A stretch of 63,074 nt of DNA from assembly GCA_030587585.2 (NCBI GenBank), contig JAUQYS020000333.1, positions 1-63,074 of the forward strand. Reading direction: 5' to 3'. Below the pieces are notes generated by a model. That model ran no database searches. It worked only from the letters and a program-made list of their open reading frames with translations, and had not been told where the DNA came from. Within the stretch, counting starts at the first letter, position 1. Every line of letters begins with the position of its first letter. The position numbers and the translations under genes are program-made. Below, in pieces: positions 26,356-35,086 of this stretch. The stretch comes from Candidatus Njordarchaeota archaeon. Lineage in GTDB: Archaea > Asgardarchaeota > Njordarchaeia > Njordarchaeales > Panguiarchaeaceae.

Positions 26356-27132
26356 TCATCCCCAATAATATTCTAGGATCTGCTTGACTACATTTAGGTA
26401 CCAACAATCATTACATGGACTCTCCTCGGCGAGTTTTTCGATCTCATCATCTATCTCTACTACTTCTTCGATACAAAAACCTTTTTCTTGCATCAATTTA
26501 CACTTCTCAATAACTTTGTCTAGTTCGTTTTCTACTTGTTCAAGCGTAAAATTATCAACCCATATTTCCACAATCTCACCGTCCTTAACCTTGATGTCTA
26601 TAGATAAAGTTATTTGATGCCCGTACCCATCATCATAATAATGCCTTTTGTGACAATACCATGCATTTTCTTCTTCGTCAAACTCAGCAGAAAAACCATC
26701 TTCCTCAACGAGAGACCTAACAACGGGGTCTTCTATCACAAGGATCTCCTTTTCACTTTTCTTGATCTTGGCGAAAAGTTCTTTTGTTAGTTCGAACTCA
26801 TATATGCCATCTAGTTCATGTGCTGTATGTGCTGTAGAATATGGATGTCTCGGACATCCGCAATGCACTATTGTCTTTCCGTTTTCCTCCTTCACAAACA
26901 GTTTTTCTCGTTTCTTGTTCTCAGGAGAAAACCACCAACTAAAACAACAACTCAGATCATGGCAAACAAGATGAAAGACTCTTCTGCCTTCCTCAAGAAA
27001 TCTCTTGATATCTTCGTACTCTTTAGGTGATATTTCCATTACATAGCCAGGCATCTCAAGAATGTATATAGGCACTTTTTCTCTTCGCATTCCCTTCGGA
27101 ACTTCATCTACTTTTCCTATTTTTTCTTCCAT
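26356..27132 (-). CDS. Cys/His-rich hypothetical protein (258 aa)
   Basis: ORF; CHDLSCC and HCGCPRHP clusters; cassette 27139-27160 upstream. Confidence 0.6.
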   Translation of the reverse strand: MEEKIGKVDEVPKGMRREKVPIYILEMPGYVMEISPKEYEDIKRFLEEGRRVFHLVCHDLSCCFSWWFSPENKKREKLFVKEENGKTIVHCGCPRHPYSTAHTAHELDGIYEFELTKELFAKIKKSEKEILVIEDPVVRSLVEEDGFSAEFDEEENAWYCHKRHYYDDGYGHQITLSIDIKVKDGEIVEIWVDNFTLEQVENELDKVIEKCKLMQEKGFCIEEVVEIDDEIEKLAEESPCNDCWYLNVVKQILEYYWG

Positions 27133-27536
27133 CGGATTTCACCATATATTAACAAAAAAATGCAACAGAAAAAAATACACCACTCATAAATAAGAATCAA
27201 TAGCCCCGCTACGCTTTTCTTTGCCACAAAAAAATAAAAAGAATCGAGCATCACATATATAAAAGCAATAAAGATACCACACAAAATGAGATCCATATGT
27301 TCTTCCTCAGGAGCAAAAAACCTGGCTACAACAACCACTAGAAACGCTACAATCTCCACCCACAACGAAAAAAACATAAGGAAATCTATACTCCTCAATA
27401 AAGATAATACATCCTTTTTCCATTCACTCATAATACAGGCCAAAACAATACCTAGCAAATACAAAGAATCAAAAAAAGCTTCAAAAATTATTTTTAATGG
27501 CGAAGTAGAATAATCCGAATCACCCAAGGATATCAC
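27117..27536 (-). CDS. polytopic membrane protein (139 aa; start GTG 27536 or TTG 27527)
   Basis: Four hydrophobic segments; GGGTGAT SD. Confidence 0.55.
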   Translation of the reverse strand: MISLGDSDYSTSPLKIIFEAFFDSLYLLGIVLACIMSEWKKDVLSLLRSIDFLMFFSLWVEIVAFLVVVVARFFAPEEEHMDLILCGIFIAFIYVMLDSFYFFVAKKSVAGLLILIYEWCIFFCCIFLLIYGEIRWKKK

Positions 27537-27654
27537 CCTTGATCAATGTAATGTAGATGTAGTGGCAACAAATACAGCCTCGAAGAAAGAAAAAAGAAAT
27601 AAAAGTCGCCGTGCGAAAAAATTTTTTCATACTTTTCACACCGCAAGAAGTGAA

Positions 27655-27873
27655 TTATTTGTTTTTCTTTTTCTCTACGAATGCATGTCGAAGAAATTTG
27701 TCTATTTCTTCGATGATCTCATCCACATCAACACTCGTATCATCGATACGGATCACGATTTTAAATTTCTTGAAAAGCCACTTCCCACTTATTAAAGAAT
27801 CTCTGCCCATCACATTGATACTGCCCCACCAAGCAGCGCAACCGCCCAGATCTTCCCATTTTTTCTTTCTCAT
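27655..27873 (-). CDS. hypothetical protein (72 aa)
   Basis: ATGA overlap with recombinase stop. Confidence 0.45.
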   Translation of the reverse strand: MRKKKWEDLGGCAAWWGSINVMGRDSLISGKWLFKKFKIVIRIDDTSVDVDEIIEEIDKFLRHAFVEKKKNK

Positions 27874-28532
27874 TTCTTCACACCCCCTCCTTGTTCGCTT
27901 TCTTTTTGTCTCAGTCCTATTGTATAGCCTAGTTTTTTTATTCTCCGTCTTAGCTGATCATAGCTAATGTCTATTCCATCACTACGCATAATTTTCCAGA
28001 TAGCTCTGATACTTAGCCCATCATATCGCTTAAGATATTTGATTATGGTGTTATTGCTCACTTTTGGCGGTCTTCCCTTTTGTTTTCCTGCTTCCCACGC
28101 AGCTAGTTGTCTTTCTCGTCTAAGCCGCAGTTCCATCTCTGCAAGCCACGAAAAAATTCGTATCAGCAAGTCTCTTATGTTCTCATCTTGTATTTGTAGC
28201 CATGTATCCTTAACAGACATTATTTTAACACCAAGCTCTTTTTCTAGTTTATCAAACAAACTAAAGATATCTCGGAGGTTATAGCCGAGCCTAGTGAAAT
28301 CAAAAACAATAACATATCTGACTATATCTTTTCCACCCGAGCTCAGAAAATTAATCATCTCCGCAGCCCCATCTCTTTTCATCCAAGAAACAACACGCCG
28401 CACGCCCTTATCAACAAAATATTTTATGACTTCTATGCCCTTCTCCTTAGCAAATTTTTCGATTGCGAGCTTCTGGACATTCTCATCTTGCTCTTTTGTC
28501 GAGACCCTTATATACGCAACTGCTCTCTCCAT
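27870..28532 (-). CDS. serine recombinase (resolvase/invertase family), 220 aa
   Basis: AVAYIRVSTKEQ catalytic-serine motif, resolvase core, C-terminal HTH-like LSIRAIWKIMRSDGIDISYDQLRRRIKKLG. Confidence 0.9.
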   Translation of the reverse strand: MERAVAYIRVSTKEQDENVQKLAIEKFAKEKGIEVIKYFVDKGVRRVVSWMKRDGAAEMINFLSSGGKDIVRYVIVFDFTRLGYNLRDIFSLFDKLEKELGVKIMSVKDTWLQIQDENIRDLLIRIFSWLAEMELRLRRERQLAAWEAGKQKGRPPKVSNNTIIKYLKRYDGLSIRAIWKIMRSDGIDISYDQLRRRIKKLGYTIGLRQKESEQGGGVKK

Positions 28533-28706
28533 ACATAGGCACCGGACAAAAACTTATGCACATTAATGTATGAAAAATAAAGATATTTAAGAATTTATAT
28601 ATTATCTCAGAGATATGAGGTCATCTACGGCTAACCAATATATACCAAACTTGATAAAGGTTACTTTTAATATCTAAATTTGAGTATTTTTTGTTGGTGC
28701 AAGAAG

Positions 28707-28994
28707 ATGTTTTGCAAAAAAGATGTGCTGGAAAAAAGCTTGGACTTTGCTAAAAAAGAACTGAAAGAAAAAGTCTATATCATAAAGGAATGGCTGGAGC
28801 TCATAAACCGCCAAGTCGAAAAAATCATAGAAAAAACCATAAAAAACAGGCCATGGCTCATAATAGGAATCGAACCACACAAAAGAAAAATCACAATGGC
28901 CCTCGTATCCATCTCGGACATACTGGATCAAATGTATTCTACAATTCTAGAAATAATAAACAACATCAAGGGCGAGGTGGAGGATGAATACTAG
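28707..28994 (+). CDS. hypothetical protein (95 aa)
   Basis: Plus-strand ORF trimmed to ATG after TTGGTG. Confidence 0.5.
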   Translation: MFCKKDVLEKSLDFAKKELKEKVYIIKEWLELINRQVEKIIEKTIKNRPWLIIGIEPHKRKITMALVSISDILDQMYSTILEIINNIKGEVEDEY

Positions 28995-29214
28995 AAAAAA
29001 ATTTTCCTATATCGCTTGTGGCGCCATCTCGATAATTCTCCTACTATGCATAATATACATCCATTGGACAATGTGGAATCTTATTGTTCTATCCCCCGCA
29101 ACATTAGTCCTCATAATACTGGCATATTGTATCTTAGCAATAATAATGATCCTCTTGGCATACCTCAGAAAGATAGAAAAACTCTTGGAGGAGAAAAAAC
29201 AATGTCCGCAATAG
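28984..29214 (+). CDS. small membrane protein (76 aa, 2 TM)
   Basis: GAGGTGGAGG SD directly upstream; hydrophobic. Confidence 0.55.
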   Translation: MNTRKKFSYIACGAISIILLLCIIYIHWTMWNLIVLSPATLVLIILAYCILAIIMILLAYLRKIEKLLEEKKQCPQ

Positions 29215-29498
29215 ACACAGCGAAGAGACTTATCGAAAAATATGCTGGAGAATGGATCTCGAAAAGAGATGGATTCGTTATGATAAAAATAACAAATAAC
29301 AACAAGGAGATTATTGTTTGGATCAGACAAACACCGATCACCCATAAGGCCATGATCCTCGCCGAAAAGATAGTCAGCAAATATCACTCAGACGAAAAAA
29401 TACTACTAAAACTCTATGAATACGCCGACTATGTCCCAAAAAAAGAACTACAAAAAAAATTCAGAATCATAACCAAACAGCAAACAAAAATAATTTAG
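29202..29498 (+). CDS. hypothetical protein (98 aa)
   Basis: ORF trimmed to MSAIDTAK ATG after GGAGGAG. Confidence 0.55.
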   Translation: MSAIDTAKRLIEKYAGEWISKRDGFVMIKITNNNKEIIVWIRQTPITHKAMILAEKIVSKYHSDEKILLKLYEYADYVPKKELQKKFRIITKQQTKII

Positions 29499-29500
29499 AT

Positions 29501-30088
29501 CTATTCAAAAATATTTTCCTGGAACCCTTGTTCCTCGACATAAATATCCGTCTCCTCGTCATAGACTTTATCTACCCTTTTCTCCTGGAACACAAGGTAG
29601 TATCTCGGAATTTTATGTGCGCCGCCCGCAGGTTTTACTCTAAAAACTACAGGATATGGTTTATAGATTAGATAAAGATGCTCATAGTATGTTCCGATTC
29701 TCCCAGCAATCCCCCATGCACCGTACGCTGTCAAAAGTTTTTCTGTCTGTTTTTCAAATCTTGAAAGAGGAAAAACATCGCCAACAGTTCCACGAGTATA
29801 TGTGCCCGCTCCTGAAAGTAGTGCACAGAAGCCTATTGGTTGTTGGTGTGGCTGGTTTGCTTTTATTATTCTGTATGATTTTCCTGAAATCGTCGGTTTT
29901 ACAAAGACAATATCATAGTTCTTTGGGTCTTTGTAGCAAGGTATTATTACTCTTTTTCTTCCTCTTCCTTTTTCTCCAAGAACAAACGCATTTATCTTAA
30001 ACGATGAGCCCTCATATACAGTTGGGTAAATGTGCTCATGAATAAAAAGATAGAACGGACCCTTCAGATTTTCATTATTTTCCGACAT
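29501..30088 (-). CDS. hypothetical protein (195 aa)
   Basis: Trimmed to MSENNEN; cassette 30094-30114. Confidence 0.6.
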   Translation of the reverse strand: MSENNENLKGPFYLFIHEHIYPTVYEGSSFKINAFVLGEKGRGRKRVIIPCYKDPKNYDIVFVKPTISGKSYRIIKANQPHQQPIGFCALLSGAGTYTRGTVGDVFPLSRFEKQTEKLLTAYGAWGIAGRIGTYYEHLYLIYKPYPVVFRVKPAGGAHKIPRYYLVFQEKRVDKVYDEETDIYVEEQGFQENIFE

Positions 30089-30123
30089 ATTTTTCACCAA
30101 TATTAAGAAAAAAATCATAAAGC

Positions 30124-30501
30124 CTATTGGATCTCTTCTTGGAGCTCTCGAACTATCTGAATCAATGTTTGAAGTTCTTCTAAAGTCATTGATATAAACC
30201 CATTAAAGTATATTTTATCTTTCAGAATCTCTATCTTCATTGACATCAATTCTGGGAAATTCAGAATATTTTTTGGATGCCCGATTATCTCTATTTTCGC
30301 TCTATCCTTATATTTCTCACCGATTATCGATACATCGTAGCCTAGATTCTCAACAAAAGATTTGAGCTTCATCAATTTTTCTATGGGAATTTTTAGACCT
30401 CCTCGCTGCTTTAAGTACTTTTCATAAAAATCGACTGCCGAACTAAAACTAATATACCACCGCTTTATTTCCCCATGTTCCTCATAGATAATCTCACTCA
30501 T
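30124..30501 (-). CDS. hypothetical protein (125 aa)
   Basis: Trimmed to MSEIIYE; cassette 30507-30529. Confidence 0.6.
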   Translation of the reverse strand: MSEIIYEEHGEIKRWYISFSSAVDFYEKYLKQRGGLKIPIEKLMKLKSFVENLGYDVSIIGEKYKDRAKIEIIGHPKNILNFPELMSMKIEILKDKIYFNGFISMTLEELQTLIQIVRELQEEIQ

Positions 30502-30539
30502 CATGATCACCAATTATAGGCGAAAAAAATGATTGATGA

Positions 30540-30761
30540 TTAATCTATCTTTTTCTTTTTGCCTTCAAGAATGTATATCGCATTCTCAATGTTTTGCAGT
30601 GCTATGTCTAAGAGCAGCAGGATACACTCGTCTTTGAACCAAAACGGACAGTCTTTTCCTTTCTCACATTGTTTGTTACACATCTTCACCAGATTATTTG
30701 CGGCATCATGAATGAACTTATGCACCCTATATAAAAGGCTTGTTGTTTTTGATACATCCAT
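30540..30761 (-). CDS. small Cys-rich protein (73 aa)
   Basis: Trimmed to MDVSKTT after GGGTGAT; CNKQCEKGKDC..C cluster. Confidence 0.5.
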   Translation of the reverse strand: MDVSKTTSLLYRVHKFIHDAANNLVKMCNKQCEKGKDCPFWFKDECILLLLDIALQNIENAIYILEGKKKKID

Positions 30762-30766
30762 CGGAA

Positions 30767-31054
30767 TCACCCGTCTAAATTGTTTTGCAAGAAATTTTTT
30801 ATTGCTTCCGCAGCTATCCGTTTTAATTTTTTTAACTCAATTTCATATTTGCCAACTTCCCTAAGGCATATATCTGCAGTATTATCATAAGAATCAAAGA
30901 CTGCTTCTAGTGATATGTTTGTTTCTTTTATTAGTTTTGCTAGCCCAGATATAAATTTCTGGACACGAATAACAAAATCCCGAAACCGTTTCATGTCCAA
31001 AAATTCTCCTAATGCTGCAAAAAACTCGGATATATCTGCTTCTTTTTCCGACAT
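30767..31054 (-). CDS. hypothetical protein (95 aa)
   Basis: Trimmed to MSEKEAD after GGTGGTGGT; cassette 31056-31080. Confidence 0.55.
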   Translation of the reverse strand: MSEKEADISEFFAALGEFLDMKRFRDFVIRVQKFISGLAKLIKETNISLEAVFDSYDNTADICLREVGKYEIELKKLKRIAAEAIKNFLQNNLDG

Positions 31055-31080
31055 ACCACCACCAATATTTAACGAAAAAA

Positions 31081-31407
31081 TTATAGTATAGACAGTATTA
31101 TGCGAAATATCTTTGGTCTTTTTGCAGATATATATGTAGCTATGGCATAATAACATACATATCTCATATTGGTCGGGATTAATATTGCTATGTTGCGTAT
31201 CTTTTCTACATCGCTGGCGGGTATTTTTATGTAATCAACAGCATATATCAACGTCCTAAGCAGATTTATTCGTGTCGGTAGATGAAAAATCTTAGCTTTC
31301 TTTGCGATAAGCTCAAAATCTTCATACCTAAACACAAAAATCTCATACCGAAATGGGGGGAGCGACTCAACTTCATCGATAATAATTTTCATTCCTTCTT
31401 CCGCCAT
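31081..31407 (-). CDS. hypothetical protein (108 aa)
   Basis: ORF; cassette 31414-31435. Confidence 0.55.
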   Translation of the reverse strand: MAEEGMKIIIDEVESLPPFRYEIFVFRYEDFELIAKKAKIFHLPTRINLLRTLIYAVDYIKIPASDVEKIRNIAILIPTNMRYVCYYAIATYISAKRPKIFRIILSIL

Positions 31408-31413
31408 TTTTCT

Positions 31414-31435
31414 TCACCATATATTAACGAAAAAA
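31414..31435 (-). promoter_or_regulatory. intergenic cassette copy (TTTTTTCGTTAATATATGGTGA)
   Basis: Near-consensus copy upstream of ATG 31407. Confidence 0.65.
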
Positions 31436-31481
31436 GAATAGATATTATGAAAACGAGGATGATCTAATGATATTTTGTGTT

Positions 31482-31955
31482 TTATAAAGTATACTCATTA
31501 CTAATCTCCCATAGTTTGTCTTGAATCCTAAACAATTGCTTCAACAATCCTTTGTATCTCCTACATAACTCGTATAATTCATCATCCATCTTTACTGTTC
31601 GTGTAACAACATTAAGTTCGTTTTGATAGCCGAAAGCCGCCACATTTATAATTATTTTTCTTTCTTCTAGGTCTATCAGTACATGATTCATTGAACGCTC
31701 CCCGATCCTGTCAAGAATTATTTTTTCTATTTTGCCGATCTCCTCCTTCAGTCTAAGGTAACTTTGTTTCAGTTTGCTGTATTCTTTGTATTTTTCTGGT
31801 ACACATTCCCGTAATATATCCTCAGCCGATGGAATTATGCCTTGGTCTAGCAAATGTCGGAATTTTGTCATAACACATTCTTCCCATCTCTTGCGTGTTC
31901 TCGCATAAACTGCTTCTCTCGCTTTTATGTTTTGCTTCTTCGAAACAAAAGACAA
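31482..31955 (-). CDS. hypothetical protein, MSFVSKK-leader family (157 aa, TTG start)
   Basis: GGTGAT + ATCA + TTG TCT TTT GTT TCG AAG AAG; shares 5' leader with five other genes. Confidence 0.6.
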   Translation of the reverse strand: MSFVSKKQNIKAREAVYARTRKRWEECVMTKFRHLLDQGIIPSAEDILRECVPEKYKEYSKLKQSYLRLKEEIGKIEKIILDRIGERSMNHVLIDLEERKIIINVAAFGYQNELNVVTRTVKMDDELYELCRRYKGLLKQLFRIQDKLWEISNEYTL

Positions 31956-32035
31956 TGATATCACCAATACATAAAAACGATAAAAAAATATAAAAAAATA
32001 TGTATGCCATTTTTCGCCTTTATCCCCGAGAAATG
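31945..32035 (-). repeat. about 90-bp promoter/leader repeat, copy A
   Basis: Near-identical to 36060-36148; contains TTTTATATT TATA-like box about 37 nt before the TTG start. Confidence 0.7.
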
Positions 32036-32392
32036 CTATCTCTCTTTTATGAGGTCTTTTATCATCTGCCAGAGTTGCTGTGGTGTTGTTTCGGAAAATA
32101 TGCTCAGATGCTCTACATAATCTTCGCAGTCTGTGGTTAGGTCATAAACAAATGTTCCATAATGATAACTATTGAAGAAAAGTAAGTTCTTATATCTGAA
32201 TGTTCCCTCATAGTTTAGTAATAGCTCCAGTAGTTCTTTTATAGTTTTTGCTTCAGTCGGCTCACCAACAAATCTTTCTGGCATATTCACAATAGCAAAA
32301 ATATCGCCATCAGCAAAATCAACCATACCGCTAAGCCACGGATTAGAATCAACAATCTTCTTAATCTTTTCCAATAGCTCTTTCTTATTCAT
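32036..32392 (-). CDS. hypothetical protein (118 aa)
   Basis: ORF; cassette 32399-32420. Confidence 0.6.
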   Translation of the reverse strand: MNKKELLEKIKKIVDSNPWLSGMVDFADGDIFAIVNMPERFVGEPTEAKTIKELLELLLNYEGTFRYKNLLFFNSYHYGTFVYDLTTDCEDYVEHLSIFSETTPQQLWQMIKDLIKER

Positions 32393-32420
32393 TTGGGTTC
32401 ACCACATATTGACGAAAAAA

Positions 32421-32690
32421 TTAGTGATTAGGACATAGATCAAGATGAAGACGGAGAAAGGACATAACTGATTTTATGCTTGAGGCTTCATGTATAAGCC
32501 TATGTTTGGGATATTGTTCTAAGATGCTACAAGAATAAATTTCGTATTTGTTTTTCTTTTTCATAATTACGATATATGCTATTATCATTCCCTGCGGTGG
32601 AATCGTCACATTTTCGTTACGAAAACCAGAACGATGAGCTTCAATGCCATATTTTCCTAATTCTTGAATTATCTTATCTTGCCACGCCAT
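32421..32690 (-). CDS. hypothetical protein (89 aa)
   Basis: Trimmed to MAWQDKI after GGTGG. Confidence 0.55.
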   Translation of the reverse strand: MAWQDKIIQELGKYGIEAHRSGFRNENVTIPPQGMIIAYIVIMKKKNKYEIYSCSILEQYPKHRLIHEASSIKSVMSFLRLHLDLCPNH

Positions 32691-32811
32691 TTTCAACCAC
32701 CATATTAACAAAATTATATTTCTGCATACTTCTATTCACTTGTTTAATTATATACTCCCTGCCCTGCTCAGAACCTAACGCAAAACCATACCTATAAAGA
32801 TTGCCTGACAT
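32674..32811 (-). CDS. small hypothetical protein (45 aa)
   Basis: ORF not in track; ATG 5 nt after GGTGA of cassette-like 32817-32837. Confidence 0.35.
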   Translation of the reverse strand: MSGNLYRYGFALGSEQGREYIIKQVNRSMQKYNFVNMVVENGVAR

Positions 32812-32845
32812 ATCAATCACCACATATTATCAGATTTTTTTTTTT

Positions 32846-33139
32846 TCACTTCGTTTTTTTTTCTGGGTCGCATATTTTGAATCCCATCTCTGTGAAGATA
32901 TTAACAAGTTCTATCAGCTCTTCTCTGGTGTATTCTTTATAGGTATAGTCCTTCACAAATTCATATAGATCATCATCACCACTCCACACAATAAATTCTG
33001 CTTTCCACTTTTTGGGAATCCTCCTAAACTCGCAGACTAACATTGCATCATCCATTTCCAAACCAAAGCAAAGACCAATATCTATCCAAAACCAAGAACT
33101 CAACATATCGATAAGTTTTTCCTTCAGATCCTCACCCAT
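32846..33139 (-). CDS. hypothetical protein (97 aa)
   Basis: Trimmed 12 nt; cassette 33145-33167. Confidence 0.55.
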   Translation of the reverse strand: MGEDLKEKLIDMLSSWFWIDIGLCFGLEMDDAMLVCEFRRIPKKWKAEFIVWSGDDDLYEFVKDYTYKEYTREELIELVNIFTEMGFKICDPEKKTK

Positions 33140-33174
33140 CAATATCACCATACATGAGTGAAAAAAAGAGAAAT

Positions 33175-33612
33175 TTACAATACTGAGTTAAACTTATTTT
33201 TAAACACTACCCTTTGAGCCGGCGGCAACCGGCTCGTCTCAGGAGTCGTTATTGGACTAACAACAGGATAACCGTACGCCTGGACGCTTATTATACTGCT
33301 TATCAGCAGTACTGGTTTAGAAAGTTCTTTGTTTAATTCTCTTATTTTTTGTACCAATTCAATCCCCTGCTCCTCAGGCACAAATTCTGTCTTTACGATC
33401 GTGACCGTATTTACAGTTTTTATTACTTTTTCTTTTGGTGCAGCTTTGAGAATCTTTGCTAGTTCTACGTTTCCAAGTAAAATGGAGCCGTCGTCAAATT
33501 TCAATTCATGAGGTGATGTGTTTATTAAGTATGCTGAATCAGTCTCAAGAACATCAACATCGAGATTAGCAAATTGCTTAAATAAATTTTTAATTTTGAT
33601 AACCTCGTTCAT
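33175..33612 (-). CDS. hypothetical protein (145 aa)
   Basis: Trimmed 12 nt; cassette 33618-33640. Confidence 0.6.
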   Translation of the reverse strand: MNEVIKIKNLFKQFANLDVDVLETDSAYLINTSPHELKFDDGSILLGNVELAKILKAAPKEKVIKTVNTVTIVKTEFVPEEQGIELVQKIRELNKELSKPVLLISSIISVQAYGYPVVSPITTPETSRLPPAQRVVFKNKFNSVL

Positions 33613-33617
33613 ATTTT

Positions 33618-33640
33618 TCACCAATATTATGCGAAAAAAA
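33618..33640 (-). promoter_or_regulatory. intergenic cassette copy (TTTTTTTCGCATAATATTGGTGA)
   Basis: Upstream of ATG 33612. Confidence 0.65.
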
Positions 33641-34669
33641 TTATGTTTTGTTTAGGAATGCTTGTAGTGCTGCGTTTAGTTCTGGGTCCTCGATTATTTG
33701 TTTTATTTTGTTTAGTGTTTTGGTTTTGTTTTCTATTTGTTGTGCTATTTGTTGTGCTATGTTTTTGGCGTCGTTTTCTGATGTTGCTGCTATTGTTCGT
33801 GCGTTTGGATGTCCGTAGGATTGTCTGCCGAACGGATTGTTTCCGATTAGTTCTTGGATTGTTCTCAGTTCTATGTCCCATCTTCTTATTGCTATAGCTA
33901 CAAATTGATTTGTTTGATTTGATAATGCATAGCCGACGGCGTAGGGAACATCGTTCTCTGTTGCTACTTTTTCTAGAACCTTGAACGCCCATGCTGATGG
34001 TAATTGTTCGTTTACAAGCACCACATTATCAAACAATCCAAAATCATTTACTGATGGGATCTCATCCGCATATATCCGCAGTTTGTCGGTATTATCGGCA
34101 TATCTTATTGCGTCCTCAATATTTTTTCTGACGAGGACATCTAGGCCTAGTGCTGCTTCATAAAGTTCTTTGTATTTTTCTTGGGGGATATACTTCAATA
34201 CGGTTGGGTCTCTATCACAAATTGCCCCAATGAAGACTAGGTCTTTGTTTGGTTCTTTCGATACGAGAAGATCTAGATGATAGGATGACGGCATAAAGTA
34301 TATATTCATAAATGCGGGAAAATTCTTGAGGAACGGTATGCTTGTTTCATGATGATCGATATAGAACATATATACTCTACTCATTGTTCTTGCTTGATGA
34401 AAGATTGTATGCAATGTGGACATCCATTTGTACGGATTCTTAACATCTACCGCAATATCAACAATATAGATATGATTATACTGATAGAACGAAAATATTT
34501 CTGGGATACCAGCAAAACCATTAGGCCCAGTCTCAGGAAACTTCGAAATAATATTGGTCCTAGGAACATCAAATAATTCGGAAAGAAGAACGCCTGCCGC
34601 AACACCATGACCATCAAAATGGCAAACAATAGCCGTTTTCTCAGGAGAAAAATACTTTTTATTTCTCAT
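33641..34669 (-). CDS. DHH family phosphoesterase (RecJ/NrnA-like), 342 aa
   Basis: VCHFDGHGVAAG, YIVDIAVD and FYIDHHETS motifs in the canonical order. Confidence 0.7.
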   Translation of the reverse strand: MRNKKYFSPEKTAIVCHFDGHGVAAGVLLSELFDVPRTNIISKFPETGPNGFAGIPEIFSFYQYNHIYIVDIAVDVKNPYKWMSTLHTIFHQARTMSRVYMFYIDHHETSIPFLKNFPAFMNIYFMPSSYHLDLLVSKEPNKDLVFIGAICDRDPTVLKYIPQEKYKELYEAALGLDVLVRKNIEDAIRYADNTDKLRIYADEIPSVNDFGLFDNVVLVNEQLPSAWAFKVLEKVATENDVPYAVGYALSNQTNQFVAIAIRRWDIELRTIQELIGNNPFGRQSYGHPNARTIAATSENDAKNIAQQIAQQIENKTKTLNKIKQIIEDPELNAALQAFLNKT

Positions 34670-34674
34670 AGTTT

Positions 34675-34697
34675 TCACCATACATTAACGAAAAAAA
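34675..34697 (-). promoter_or_regulatory. intergenic cassette copy (TTTTTTTCGTTAATGTATGGTGA)
   Basis: Upstream of ATG 34669. Confidence 0.65.
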
Positions 34698-34740
34698 GAG
34701 AATAGAGAAATATGTTGGAATATCCTTCAACATAAGAAAG

Positions 34741-34776
34741 AAAAAGGGAAGCGAAGATTTTCCCTTCGGACTTCCC
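34741..34776 (-). terminator. GC-rich 11-bp-stem hairpin followed by T5 (terminator-like or structured RNA)
   Basis: GGGAAGCGAAG-attttcc-CTTCG-ga-CTTCCC at 34746-34776, 50 nt 3' of the RHH gene stop. Confidence 0.4.
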
Positions 34777-34825
34777 TTCATTGAAAAAATAATAATTTTA
34801 CTTTATATTGTTGGAGATATATATT

Positions 34826-35044
34826 TTATATGTATGTTTCTTTTTCTTTCGGCTGGTTCCAAGATATCGGAACCGAGGATAGGATTTTCTGTGCGTCTTG
34901 GCGGATTTCTTTTCTGAATTTTTCTAGTGCAATTCGGATAGCGTAGCGAATAAATTCTGTTCTACTGACAAAATAGCCTTTCTCGCATAGCAAGTCAATC
35001 AAATGAATAATATTTTCAGGAATACGGATTGAAACAACTCTCAT
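34826..35044 (-). CDS. ribbon-helix-helix (CopG-like) transcription regulator (72 aa)
   Basis: MRVVSIRIPENIIHLIDLLCEKGYFVSRTEFIRYAIRIALEKF; trimmed 12 nt. Confidence 0.75.
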   Translation of the reverse strand: MRVVSIRIPENIIHLIDLLCEKGYFVSRTEFIRYAIRIALEKFRKEIRQDAQKILSSVPISWNQPKEKETYI

Positions 35045-35086
35045 TTTTAGCACCATGTATTACCCAAAAAAAAGAAAGAAATGTTA

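Larger units (their letters stand above)
28672..29500. other. oppositely oriented 3-gene cassette bounded by 9-bp inverted repeats (candidate invertible segment)
   Basis: ATCTAAATT at 28672-28680 and AATTTAGAT at 29492-29500; adjacent to serine recombinase. Confidence 0.25.

Noticed and set aside
31414-31435. TTAATATAT box of the cassette as an ordinary archaeal TATA box for host RNAP
   Set aside because: It ends about 10-12 nt before the ATG and abuts the SD. A TSS about 24 nt downstream would fall inside the ORF. Kept only as an unlikely alternative.
33613-33624. ORF-track N-termini of the form MV(K/R/V/I)xM on about 20 genes (for example 33175-33624, 33641-34681, 37145-37720, 50851-52548)
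   Set aside because: The 'MV' is (A/T)TG GTG A.., that is, the GGTGA Shine-Dalgarno read as codons. The ATG 4-6 nt downstream is the plausible start.
33627-33992. 121-aa K/R/N/T-rich minus-strand ORF overlapping the DHH gene 3' end
   Set aside because: Alternative frame of an A/C-rich stretch. The DHH frame is continuous and sensible.
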